From Chrysomallon squamiferum (lineage: Eukaryota; Animalia; Mollusca): DNA of 64,000 bases. The stretch covers positions 13,702,001 to 13,766,000 of the forward strand of contig CM022666.1 of NCBI GenBank assembly GCA_012295275.1. The letters run 5' to 3'. Positions 1 through 15,545 of the stretch are shown here, piece after piece. A model generated the notes under the pieces. That model was not told the DNA's origin. It did no database searches and saw nothing but the letters and a program-made list of their open reading frames with translations. Made by a program: the position numbers and the translations under genes. Within the stretch, counting starts at the first letter, position 1; each line of letters opens with the position of its first letter.

Positions 1-298
1 CCCCGAAGACTTGTGTGATTAGAAAAATAGAGTTCAGCTGAATGTCGAAAGGATTTGATTTTTAATTTTGATTGAGACGGTTATTAGGTAAGTTTTGCTG
101 TTAAGAAGATAATTAGGAATAGCAGGGATGAAGAAGCAAGAGCAAGAAAAATAAATATGCACAAAATTAAAAGTTTTACTGTTACGTTCTGCTGAATGTT
201 TCTTAAACAAACATATGGTGGTCCATGATCGGTTACATACTGCAACATAGCAAGACATTTTTATTTTTTTAAATCTATTTTTCTCCGTGATAGTAAAG

Positions 299-341
<43 letters not shown>

Positions 342-1069
342 TTATTATTATTATTATTAATGTATTTACAATTATTACTACTACTAACATTACTGTTATT
401 TATTTATTTACAATTATTATTATTATTATTTATATATTAACTACTATTATTACTACTACTGACCTTACTATTATTTAATTATTTATTTACAATTATTATT
501 ATTATTGTTGTTATTTTAGTTGTTATTAGTCTTATTATAACCATCATCATCTTCATCTTATCATGATCCATCATCATCATCATCATCATCATTATTGTTA
601 ATTTCCCACTGACTGGTTCCCATCCGTCTCAATGACAGGTGCTCGCTATATTGCTACGCCTCACTTTACGTTATCAGGCAAATGGTTTCCCCTGCTAGTT
701 TCTCCATTTCGATTAACTCGCTGTTTCAGTGTACTAACAGTTGTTGTTTTTCAACACGAACGTCAATTTTGTCATCAATATTACGTTGGTCTCACTCTCT
801 CAGTTTTTTTTTTGTTGTTGTTGTTTTTTCTCTCTCTCTTTTCCTGCTTCAAGCGATTGCCTTATCGGTGAATAATGATAGCGAAATGAAACAGGAGGAA
901 CCTTAACGTTGTGAAGATAATACTGACAGAAGATGGGGAATAGTTTTAATTATTATTATTTTTTTTTTGCATCTTATTTTGTTTTACTATGGCTACTGAA
1001 ATGTAGTATTTGTTTGTTTGTTTGTATGTTTGTTTGTTTGTTTGTTTATTTGTTTGTTTGTTTATACAT

Positions 1070-1148
1070 TTCTTCTTCTTCTTCTTCTTCTTCTTCTTCT
1101 TCTTCTTCTTCTTCTTCTTCTTCTTCTTCTTCTTCTTTTTCTTCTTCT
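1070..1148. repeat. (TTC)n microsatellite
   Basis: Read directly. Confidence 0.95.
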
Positions 1149-1277
1149 TATTATTATTATTTAATTCTAAAACAAGTACTGCCTGGCATAATTTAATTTA
1201 ATTTAATTTTTTTCTTTTGGATTATTATTTAAAATTTATTTTAATCTGTTTATTTATTTATTTATTTATTTGTTTGT

Positions 1278-1316
<39 letters not shown>

Positions 1317-1372
1317 TTTTATTTTATTTTATTTTATTTTATTTTATTTTTTTTTATTTTATTTTAATTATG

Positions 1373-1432
<60 letters not shown>

Positions 1433-1709
1433 TATATTACGTATTTATTATGGCGTTTAATTTTATGTTGCCTTCGTTTTTTGTTTTTTTTATTCATCTT
1501 CGTTGATAAGCTCGGGGTTACCTGTGAATTTGATTTATTAAGATGTCCGCCACAAATCAAACTTCGAAATGAAATAAATAATTTATAACTTATCTGTCTG
1601 TCTACATAAAACCAATAAATCAAATCAGTATCTTGAATTTAAATAAGTGAAATAATAAAATAAATAAATTATAACAGTAATAAAAGAAAAACAGAACAAC
1701 CACAAGAGC

Positions 1710-2085
1710 AATAGTAGTAGTAGTAATAGTAGTAATAATAGCTGAGTAGAAGTAGTAGTAGTAGTAGTAGTAACTGTAGTAGTAATAATAGTAGTAGTAG
1801 TTGCAGTAGTTGTAATAGTAATAGTAGTCGTTGTAGTAGTTATAGCAGTAGCAATAATAGTAGTTGTTGCAGTATTAGTAGTAGATACAGTAGTAGTAGT
1901 AGTAGTAGTAGTAGTGTAGTAGTAGTAGTATTTGTAGTTGTAGTAGTAGTAATAATAGTAGCAGTAGTTGTAATAGTAATAATAGTAGTTGTATTAATTG
2001 TAGTAGTAGTAGTAATGGTTATAGTAGTAGTAGTTATAGTAGCAGTAGCAATAATAGTAGTAGTAGTAATAGTTGTTGCAGTATA
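1710..2085. repeat. Degenerate (TAG/TAA/TTG)n trinucleotide tract
   Basis: Read directly. Confidence 0.9.
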
Positions 2086-3039
2086 CAGAATAAATAAAGG
2101 AATTGTTTTATAAATTAATGAAATCAAGAAAACACGCACACACAAACACACACAAATGAAGACGCGCAGTTTTAATAATGTGAATAATTACCCGACTTAT
2201 CAACCATCGTCTGCATTCAACATCATTTCCAAAATGTCCAGACTTCTTCTCACAATAACAGTGAGTTAAATACGCAGTAACCTTTATAATAAGACATCAT
2301 TTATTTATAAAATATTCTGTCTCATCACCGCTTTTCATGTTTGACAGACATAAAGGTTTAGTACAGAGTCTAGAATAATATAGGACTGGTTTAAAATAAG
2401 TATTTTCTCTTTATGAAGGAATGCGACATAAACTGACAGTCAGTAATCTCTTTTTAACTTCCGTTTATTCAGAAAACTTTCAAATACATTTGAATATATA
2501 TAATCCAGTAGATAGATACAATTACAGACAAAGATACTGACTGAATCAGAGTCGCTAAGTTTCATTCTAAACCTGAGTTTTTTAAAGTAAGTCCATGACT
2601 TAGTGAGTCAGCTGTTTGTATACATCGTCATATCCACTTGAATATTGAGTACGCCTTCACTGGACACGCAATCTAGGAATCTTGGCTGTCTGCCAAAGAG
2701 AATGTTAGAGTTAGTATGTTAAAGATTTAGAGAGAAGAGACAGAGTGTAGACTTCTTACGAATTTACATTTAGTGTTGGTATGTTAAAATGTTAGAGTAG
2801 AGAGTACAGAGGTTATATTCAGCTAACTTATTTATAATTATTATTGTTACTATTATTATTATTACTGATATTATTATTGTTATTGTTGTTGCTGTTATTT
2901 TTATTGTTATTATTAGTATTAAGTATATGCATGCAGTAAGTTTAAACGATTGATACAAGCAAACACATAATTTATGTGTGTGTGGATGGGTGTATTTATG
3001 ACCGTTAATAGTTTGTTTATGTATGTATGTGTGTGTATG

Positions 3040-3085
<46 letters not shown>

Positions 3086-3098
3086 GTGTGTGTGTGTG

Positions 3099-3160
<62 letters not shown>

Positions 3161-3915
3161 TGTGTGTGTGTGTGTTTGTCTCAGATTGGACAGGGTCGTA
3201 AGATATTTTTACATACAGTATAAAATTTCTTTACTTCTTACATATAAAGATATACAATATCACAAGTTCAAACATATGTCGTTCGCATCAATGCCGCCAG
3301 AACATCAAAAAAATCACAAATCATACCAACTCGCAGGGTCCGTAACCATGGAGACTCGGGTTTTCATGTCCATCAAGAAGACTAATTTTCCCAGAGCCGT
3401 ATTCATAATTTCTCCGAGCTGAAAGGTTAAGGAGGAAATATCCTCGGTTTTTACGACTATGGCCGCAGATGTGCGATTAACGATCCGACTCGTGTTCAGT
3501 ATCGGACACGTTCGTTCTGTTTGAACTGAACACTAATGGTTTGGTCGTAAACCATCGGCAACAGTCGGAGAGACGCAGATGTTCACATCACCTTCTTCAC
3601 TTCCCAGAGACTTTCAAGTCGTACCTGCTTGAACAGAGTTGCTAGGGTGATGTTTACTAGACTGATGCATTATTCATAAGCAGGTGTTCTCAACATATGT
3701 CTTGCGGTAGAGGTGTTCTGTGTTATTTCAAAAAATATTTTTACGAATTTATTTCAGTTTTTTGTTTTCTCTCTCTCTCTCTTTGTCTCTGTCTCTGTCT
3801 CTGTTTCTCTCTGTCTGGCTCTCATTCTTTCTATCATCATCTCTCTCTTATTCTGTTTTTATTTCGATCTCATCATTTTGTATATCAGCACTTTCAATGT
3901 AACAGTTAACAATAG

Positions 3916-4533
<618 letters not shown>

Positions 4534-6066
4534 GGTTTAAGAAACAAAGAAACAGAAAGAAAGAATAAAAAAATTATTTATCTTAGATATTACGGCTTTA
4601 CATGTAAAACACATCCTCAACTCTGAGAGAAAGAAAACAAAAATATATATATATAAGGAGATATTTGGATGGACAGCAGGAATGAAAGAAGGACAGAGAT
4701 ACATAAAGAGACAGAAACACGAAGAAGGGAAAAGAAACAGAACTGTTACAGAGACAGATTGAAAGGGGTCAGAGAGCTCTTATCTTCGTTAATAACAAGA
4801 GGATCCATAAAAAAAAGTAATTTTTTATCTTCTGGATTCAGAGTGGCTGCAGGTCTTTCATCTTCTTTTCTTTTTTTTTTTTTTTTTTCTTTTCTTTGGA
4901 GATAGGTCCAAAGTGTTTTTCCAGAATTCAAAACCTCACAACGCATCTGGTCGAATTCAGTTCAGCCATGAACATTGTCAAACTGCAAATTGATTACTTT
5001 TTCGAAAAAACAGACACCACTGGAATAACGAAATAAGAAAAAAAAAAAAAAAAAAGAAAAAAAAAAAGAAAGAAAGAAAAGAGCACACGGTCAAAACGAA
5101 ATATGGGTCTCACGGCAGACTTTTCATCAGAAAACACTGTATTTTATTAAATAACTGTTAATATAAACATGTGCAAATGTCTCGTTGTACATTAATCTAT
5201 TCTGTCGATGCCGAAGTAGATAAAAGATTTATTTATTTCTGTCGCTCGAACGAAACCGTTTTAAATAAATCGTTGTCAGGAAAAGAAATATGAATACTTA
5301 TAAATAATATATATTAGAAAACGGCACATTTGTGACGTATAGATCTGTCACGTGTGGCAGCAATAAAAACAGAAAGAATAAAATGATCAGAATGAATGAA
5401 TATATCTTGTACGTAACTATTTTAATGTTAACTGATATTTCAATTTTTTATTTTAAAAGATAGGATTACTACTACTATTACTAACACTATTTTACCACTA
5501 TCACTATTACCATTAATATTACCACTACTAAAAACAATTACTTATACTACAACCACTATAATTATTACTGCTACGTACCGTTATTACTACTACTATTGCC
5601 ACTGCTACTACTACTACTACTACTATTACTGCTACTACTACTACTACTACTACCGCTATTACTACTGCCACTACTACAACTACTACTGCTGCTGCTGCTA
5701 CTACTACTATTACTCCTAATAAGAAAAATGTACCTTTCTTTGGTTCTGAATCGATGCACTTATGTTATCATGGCTTCGTAAGAATAATTAAACGATAGCG
5801 TTTAATTGTTGTGACGTCATAATGGGAACCAAGTGATGACGTCTTAGTTTAGAGATCGTTATGCATTGTTTTTACAATGATTGCTCGACATTCATTTCGG
5901 CATAAGTACTATATCCAACTTATTATTATTATTATTATTATTATAAGTAAGAAAGTAAATAAATAAATCAGTAAATAAGTAAGTAAATAAGTAAAAAATA
6001 AATAAGTAAATAACTAAATAAATAGATAAATATGTAAATAAATAAGAAAAAATTAATGTAAATAAA

Positions 6067-6097
<31 letters not shown>

Positions 6098-6581
6098 AAT
6101 AATCATAATAATAATTAAAATTAAAATTTAAAATAAAAAATTACAGAAATAAAACAAATTTATAACAAAAACCAGTTTCAAGGAATTGAAATTCCTTATC
6201 TGTATACATTTTCAAAAATATAATTCTCACCACTACTTTCGCTACAGGCACAAATCAATTCTTGTGTTGTTCTCGGTGATTATAACATCAAATGCCTCGC
6301 CCAATCATCGGTTCACGAGAACAGTCTGATACTTGTGTTTACAAACATCAATTAGCTTTGTTTGCGAGCAAGCTGAAGACTCGATGCTAAAACTTACATT
6401 CTAATTATTTCGTTTCTTCCTAGCGTGTGTACAACGCACAAAACAGGTGGCAAAAACAGATATAAACTTTTACCACCATACTCATTTGTGTCGGATTTAG
6501 TAGAGTTCGAGTTCGTTCCTTGCATGTTTACATCCACCAATAACTATACTTCTCTGTCGTTCTGTGTTATTCTCTCTGAGT

Positions 6582-6769
<188 letters not shown>

Positions 6770-8079
6770 TTCCCTACAAAACTCATTATATCTTAAAGTT
6801 ACAATCATCATAACAGTTCCCTCTCCTTTCTGCACTTAGGATTTTCACTCTGACAGCTAATCGTGTTTTTGATGAAAGAAACCTGCAATGGTAATGTGTT
6901 CTCCTTCATGAGAATTGTTCTTTAAGACAGAGAAAAGAGAAAACAGACGTGATGTCTAGACTCGTCTCAGCGAAACCTGTATCTACAGACCATTATCTTC
7001 TTCAGAACTCTTCTTTTAAACCTTTTGGCTTTTCAGGACAAATCTTACTGATAAAAGCGCCGCCTATAACAGCGAACGTGGGCAGAGAAAGGTAGAATTT
7101 GAAAAGGATTCTTTAACTCAAGCTCTGAAATAGGTTTCTAAAAGATTTTCTCTGAACTAGACACACTTAAAATAAAATAAGATGTTGTCTGGTGTTGTTA
7201 CTGAAAGTTCTTCAGAAAGGGGGTTTTGTGATGAGGGTTTCTCATATTCGTTCCTAAGAACGATTTAAAAAAAAATATATATATATATATTTATATATTT
7301 TGTTATTAAATGGTCTAAATTGAATTCAAATTGAAGTACAGATATGAAACACACGAGAAAGGAGCAAAGAACAATGAGAAAGTTGTTGCAGAATTGCTTG
7401 CGAAAGAAATTATATAAAACGAAAGAGAGACAGCGATAAATACTAATATAAGTACACACACATATATTCATTCATACATTCATACACACACAAAAAAACA
7501 TACATACATACATATACGAACACACACAAATACACACATAAAACTACAATGAAAGGTAATGACAACATCAATTTATAATATCTCTATTTCCCGAGCTAAA
7601 GTCCTCGGGATTTTTTCTGCCACTGCCAAATTGCGTCTGTGTTAGGGAACAATATGAATAGATGATGCTGATAGCGTCCATCATTATGGTAATTTCAACG
7701 CTGTAATTCGGCTGGCTCATTGTGGACGAGTTATTCAAAGGTCAGGGAACAACTGAATCCACGTCCCAGGAGATCAGCGCTATAAAAGAAATAACGAAAC
7801 GATTCCAGTCAATTTCCACACTGACAATCAAGTCTAAGGAAAGCAGCATCACGAAAAAAAGTATTCCTCAATGGGCAGAAGCCATTCCGGTCTGTTGATT
7901 TGACACGTGGAATTAGGCATGACTAGATGTACGTGCATAGCTGCCTTTACTTAACAGCGACTATGGAATCTTGATTGCTTCGTAAGCCGTAATCATACAC
8001 ACACATTTTTTTTTTTTACTAAATACTTTGTTATTGCTGTTGTCGTTGATGTCAAACTCGGTTGAACCGAGACTATCAG

Positions 8080-8320
8080 TAACAAGCAAGTGCTGGGATC
8101 TAATCCTCGCTGAGACGGCTAAATAAAACAGTGCCACAACAAGGACAATTTAGTGAAAAAATTTAGGTAATCATCCGTTCTAACCAGTGTCTCCTCTCAT
8201 ACGGGTGTTAAAGGTGATGGTAAATGTTTTGCTGCCAGTGAGAAGGTGTATTAATTGATTCCTTGCAGCTAATAGAAAAATTGTAGCACAGGATTTTTAC
8301 ATTATCTCTCTCTCTCCCTG
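8080..8320 (+). mobile_element. Degenerate SINE copy (same family as 15095-15545)
   Basis: B-box-like GGGATCTAATCC at ~8095. It is followed by CCGTTCTAACCAGTG...AAAGGTGATGGTAAATGTTTTGCTGCCAGTGAGAAGGTGTATTAATTGATTCCTTGCAGCTAATAGAAAA, colinear with the central segment of the 15.2-kb copy. Confidence 0.5.
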
Positions 8321-8844
8321 TATTTAACTCATTCTTAATTAACCACACATGTGACGTAATAAAACTGTAGAACACGTCGTGAAATAGGAATTTTCTTCAT
8401 TCTTTTCAAAGCATTATTTCTCCTGTTCTCAGCCCCCTTCGCTTGCAGAATTCTTGGTAACACATTGTTCATTACGTTACGTGTTGATGTGTTTAAAACG
8501 TTACAGAAAAAAAATAATCTGAATGACGTCATCACAACTTTCCTTGTGCAAATTCCAGTCATTACGTTCTCTACGATTAGATTCACGGAGTATAACGAAC
8601 AATAAACTCAGCAGCTATGACGTCATTGCTATGAATTAAATGTGAACAGTAGTTTAAAGGCATCCATAAAACATCATTGATAAAAAAAATTAAAATTATT
8701 TTATTTTATTTATTTATTTATTAACTTTTCAATTAATTATTGCAAGTTTTTGAAACATATATACATACATATAAGAATACATTTATTATACAACCCAGCA
8801 ACTTACATACAAACATAAATATATACATACATACATATATCCAA

Positions 8845-8888
<44 letters not shown>

Positions 8889-9347
8889 ACACATACACAC
8901 AAACATTTACAAAACCTATCAGCCTGCCATTGTGAGGAGCTAAGATTATGTTACACAGGAAGTTCTGATTAGACATAAAACCTCTACTGAGAATCGATCG
9001 CAATGCGCTCGGCGCCTGGGGCAGTGTTTTGTCATTGAGACACGTCTACACATTGTCCAAGTTGATCGAAGCCGTATCAATATTTTTCCAGTGTCCATAT
9101 CTCTCGAGAATTCATTTTTTTTCTTCTTTCTTATTTATTATGTATGATATTTAAATATTTCTTTCGCCTCATGCATTTTAAAACTGTTCCTGTCTGTCAG
9201 TAAAGTTTAATTAACAGAATAAATTTTGATGCATTCCCGCCTTCGTTTTTCCTTACCATCAGTTTTCAAAGACGACTTTTTTTTTAATATATTTATTTTC
9301 TGTTTATTTTTTTGTGTCTTTGTTTTTTTGGGTACCTTTTTGTTTTG

Positions 9348-9379
<32 letters not shown>

Positions 9380-10316
9380 TATTTTTTTATTATTTTTTTT
9401 CTTTTTACTAGAATTATTATCGACCATAACAAATATAAAGTTTGCCTTGGTTCACTTTTTTTTTTTACAATTTTTCAAGAAGCCTATTATTCACCAATAA
9501 TAATGTTGAGATTTTTCTGTGAGAACTTTTTTCTCTCTCCATTTTACGCCGTAATGTTATTTTATTAAAAACATCTGTGAGTAAATTTGTTTTGGAAAAC
9601 ATCAGCTGATTAAATCAAGGATAATGTTAGTAAACTAATTTTTAAACCTCGGTCCCAGCTCAGAATAGATATGATTAAAAAAAAAAAAAAAAAAAAAAAA
9701 AGAGAATAAGGTTCTAAAAAAATAAAAATACAAAATATATAAAAAAAGACAGTACAAAAGGGGAAAAGACCGACAAGTAGAAAAAGAAATCGATTTTCAG
9801 ACCTAACACAAAATTGTGATCGTAAAAAAAATTCTATCTTAAACCGAAGCATAAAATTTTGATTAAGTTAAAAAAAAAAAAAAAAAATGCTCTCTCAAAC
9901 CTTTTTAACTTCACATGGTGTCTTCTCAGGCACAGAAACAGGCGTCTATATATAGCTCAGATCATTAATAAAAATAATAATTAAAAAAAAGTAAAAAAAG
10001 TAAAAAGAAAATCCGAAACAAGCTGACACAGGCGAAGACAATTGCATTACTGAAGATAACTCCTCTATGAATGTTTATTGTTCAGTTCGGAAAGATAACG
10101 ACAGAAGCAGAGCTGTCAGGAAGAGATTAGTTTGGTTATGAGTTTTTAATAACAGCGGCAAGTTGTTGATTAGGCAGATTCGTCATTCGATTGTTACTAA
10201 TGTTCCGCCATTAGCGCGAGATTTCTAACGCGCCATTTTCTTCTTCCGTGCTATTATCTCGCCAACGTCGGTGAGCATCATAAAATTTGTGACGGTTTTC
10301 GATATTTAATTAATTA

Positions 10317-10364
<48 letters not shown>

Positions 10365-10562
10365 TAATTATTGCTGCAATTGATGTTTCGTAAATCCATA
10401 AAAACTGATGTTCGTAATAAGACTAATAACTGAAAAATAATTACGCAGTGATATGAACTTGAACATTTGTATTCCATTAAAATATCCCGAATAAATGGAA
10501 GGCGATTTTTTTTTTCTTCAAAATATTGTTTAGTAATTCGAATATTATTTCTGTTCATTTCT

Positions 10563-10653
<91 letters not shown>

Positions 10654-11091
10654 GTATTACAGGTTTCTCTGACCTTTTCTTTGTCGTTTTTACCACTTCT
10701 ACTAATTTATTGGCAATCGACTTCTTCCCAATTCACTCATCTAAGACTAATCTGCCGTCAGCCGTCTTTATATTTCTCTTGATTAATTTTCCTAATCGCG
10801 CCGTATATCAATAAAGCTCTATAATTATTAGAGTATTCTTAATGTTAGGCGTGAGACCTTTCCAATAATAGGGAAAAAAAATCAAAAGGCTTTTTGTTTA
10901 CTCCACGGCGACCGTAACAACAGACACTTTAGAAACTTCCGGACAAACTTGGGGCGGATTTAGCAAATTTCCGAGTACTGTTTATTTTCCCCGAGATCAT
11001 CCTAAGATAGAGCAAACATGCTTAAAGGAAACAAATTCAGTTTTCAGGTAGTGCAGACGTCAGGTGTAATAGTATTACCGAACAGCCAGAC

Positions 11092-11165
11092 GGAAAGAAA
11101 ACGAAGGGTTTATTTAATGATGGCGCTTCACATTTTTAATGAGCGTGTGTTAACTTCGTCTCTGA
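11092..11165 (-). mobile_element. SINE 3' tail fragment (reverse orientation)
   Basis: GTTTATTTAATGATGGCGCTTCACATTTTT resembles the reverse complement of the tail at 15500-15540 (AAATGTCCTGGATGCGTTATTAAATAAAAC). Confidence 0.3.
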
Positions 11166-11666
11166 CGTCTTCGTAGACTGAAATAGAAATCTGCACTTTC
11201 TGTTTCCTGTTAACTCTGCGATCTAATTTGTCTTGGTAAAAGGAAAACGAAATAAACAAGATTTTGAAAAAAAAAAAAAAAAAAAATCGAAAGAAAGGAA
11301 GAAAAGAAAAGAAAGTGTAGTTATTATAAGGCTCCTGTTAAAACGGTTTTAACAAAAAAAAAAAAAAAAAAAAAGTTTTACAATCAGTTTATCTTTTGTC
11401 TTCTGTTTTTGTCTTTCCATTTACGAACATACCTTTATCTATATCTGTATATTCCTAAGATGTTTCTTTGTGTTATATATATATATATATATATATATGA
11501 ATGTTTGTATGAATGTACATGTGTGTATGATGTACATACGTATGCAACTTATTTAATAAATTATATATTTATGTGTGTAAATGTATTTGTTATACAAGTA
11601 CATACATGTATCTGTGTATTGTTCATATGTATATTTGTGTGAAATTATATGCGTGTCAGTGTATCG

Positions 11667-12780
<1,114 letters not shown>

Positions 12781-13567
12781 TGATGGGTGACAGAGAGCGA
12801 GAGAGATGGACGTGGAAAGGAAAAATGAGATATTAACAGAGACACAAACGTGATACTTATATAAAAATATACATACATACACATTTTTTTCTTAAACTTA
12901 CTGAGTCCAAGAACTTCATATGACTGGCTTACCTAGAATTTAACAACAATTACTTACAACTATACACAAGCACTTTTTCACTATTTATTTACTTATATGT
13001 TTGTTTGTTATTATTATTATTATTATCATCATTATCATCATCATCATTATTATCATTATCGTTATCATTATCATTATCATTATCATCATCACCATTATCA
13101 TTATCGTTATCATCATCATCATTATCATCATCATCATTATTATTACTACTACTACCTCGCTGTATAGGAAAACAGTTATTTTCATATCCACTTTCTTGTT
13201 AATCAATAGGTGACTGACATCTAATTATTGTTAAAACCTTTCAATGCCAGCCTACACAGTCAACGAAGAAGTTTAGTTTAAAATTAATTTCCTTGGTGTT
13301 TTATTATCGTTGTAAAATCTAGACGCATTATTATCTTTAATTATCCGGAATGGCGAACAAAATTGTGCGCTTTTTTTTTTTTTTTTTTTTTTTGGCGAAT
13401 GTTGTTGTTGTCGATATATCGATTTATTAATTTATCGATTAACCGATAATCTCTGGTGTAACATAATACAGACATGATACAAAAAAAAAAAAAAAAAAAA
13501 AAGTACGGTAAAAAAAAATTAAATAAATAAAAGAGATATGTCTGACTACAGTAAATAAAATTCTGTA

Positions 13568-13690
13568 GAATGTAGGACATAGGCTCCCCGGGGACAAAAG
13601 CTCCCCCCTAGGCGAACACCCCCCACCACTGGATTTGCAAGGTAGATAAAAGGTCCCCTAGATGAAATGTTCTGTAGAACAAAAGCAATT
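13568..13690 (+). mobile_element. Short GC-rich repeat remnant with reiterated GGACAAAAGC(C/T)CCCC-like motifs
   Basis: GGACATAGGCTCCCC, GGACAAAAGCTCCCCCC, AGATAAAAGGTCCCC and GAACAAAAGC occur within ~120 bp. The pattern resembles subterminal repeats of invertebrate non-autonomous elements. The family is not identified. Confidence 0.3.
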
Positions 13691-13971
13691 GTTACAAACA
13701 GCCACTTTACTAAAGCATACATACTACATATCTTTATCAAAATCAGCTTAATTGTGTCGTCATTATCAGTTTAATGTGTTTGTTTGATCAACATAATTAC
13801 TGTGATAATAATTACAGTTAAGATAAAGGGTACAATTTGAAGAAAGAATTTATATCAAAGCATACCTAGACATATGGACTATATATATGTATGGATGTAT
13901 GTATGTATGTGTATGTTTGTAGAGAGAGAGTGTTTGAGAGAGAGTTGAGATGTGTGTGTGAGAGTTTGTGA

Positions 13972-14041
<70 letters not shown>

Positions 14042-14107
14042 GCTGATATTTTACCGTTACATATTTTTTATGAATATATGGTCTGTGTATATATTTATGA
14101 ATATATG

Positions 14108-14141
<34 letters not shown>

Positions 14142-15094
14142 ATATATATATACCCACATGAAAGGATGGTTTGTTGTGAATTACTATGATAAATAACTTC
14201 TGTGTTGATGCACGTGTTTGTTTGTGAGTCTGGAAAAGCTGGAAAGCATAAGTATGTCATCGTGGAAATCTGGAAACATCTGAAGACAAACAGACTGCTG
14301 CCCAGGTGTTTCAGTTTCACCGAGTCTGAACGAAGAGGCAGTCAGGAAGTGTTTTGTCTTGTGTATGCTAAGACCCTCGCCAGTTGTTTACCAAAGGTCG
14401 CGGCACTCAGTCAGTTCGTAGATACAAAAAAGACGACAGCACGAAAACAGAACGTCAAAACATCATCATCGGTTATTGACCTTAACTCAAAGTGTCGACT
14501 GAAGCACAAGGATTTTTTACTTGTTTTTTTATTTTTTGCTTTTTCGTCTTCGTCTTCTTCTTCTTTTTTTTTTTTTTTTTCGAACTTTGAAAAACCACTG
14601 ATTTCTAGGAATGATATTGAAGAGTGTTTCGGTGTAAATGTACAGATGAACTCTTTATCTGATGGTAAGATGACTATCTGGGAAATTAAACAAGAGGTTA
14701 CCGCCCGTTTGAGCAAGTGGAAAATAACGATATGAATGTTGTGTTGCAGATAAAACCTGTTTATTTGTCAGTGAAGTACATTAATTTTATTATTTAGACG
14801 TTCCATAATTAACATAAAACAATAACACTAACACGGTTTATACAAATCTCTTCCGGGCAGTTTGCTAAGGTTTTGTCTTGCATTTGTATATTTAAAATAT
14901 TAAAATACTAGCAATTCGTCAATTCATTCTTTACGTTTTAAGTTCAAGAGCTTATTTTCATTCAAAAACGTAATCCTTTAAAATATTTATAAAAAAAAAA
15001 ATTTTTACTACTCTTTACCGAATCACATGAGTTACTTTTCGGGATTCGATTTCATTATCACTAACCTAAACATTTTCTTACATACCACATACTG

Positions 15095-15545
15095 TACAGG
15101 GAAATTGTATCTCAGTCCAGTAGTTCAGGCTGGAGAAACTGTTGTGCGCAGGATTTGTATTCCTCATTGCTTTTCCCATTTTACCCAGTGCTCGACTACT
15201 AGTTTATCAAATACCATGGTATATGCTTTCTTTTACATGGGAAGGTCCATATAAAACATTCTCTTTCTGCTACCATCACCACCACCACCACTACTACCTC
15301 TACCATTACTACAACAAGTGATGAAGAGTAGTATATAAACTTCGAGTATGTATTATTGGTTACTCCTCAGGTAAGGTTTTAGGAAGGTAGACGTGGACAT
15401 AGAATTGTTGTATTATCGCCTGCATGAAGATGACTGCTTATGCAATGTGCAAGGAGCAGACGTCATCTTTCCTTCTCAGTCTGATGTTCAAGCCGTGGAA
15501 AAGAAATGTCCTGGATGCGTTATTAAATAAAACATTTCGTCCACC
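15095..15545 (+). mobile_element. Degenerate tRNA-derived SINE copy (head, central domain, tail)
   Basis: A-box-like GTATCTCAGTC.AGTAG near 15108. Central segment CCAGTGCTCGACTACTAGTTTATCAAATACCATGGTATATGCT...GGGAAGGTCCATATAAAA...TGCTA (15185-15272) aligns by eye with 8180-8290 and 51900-51955. The tail is ATGCGTTATTAAATAAAACATTTC. It resembles a mollusc SINE (MetaSINE-type) consensus recalled from memory and not searched. Confidence 0.55.

Noticed and set aside
8050-8075. Short palindrome CTCGGTT-G-AACCGAG resembling a Tc1/Tigger terminus
   Set aside because: It is too short, and I found no matching opposite end or TA duplication.
14202-14735. 177-aa ORF of moderately complex sequence
   Set aside because: It has a non-ATG start, runs through a T-homopolymer/TCT tract, and shows no recognisable domain or codon bias.
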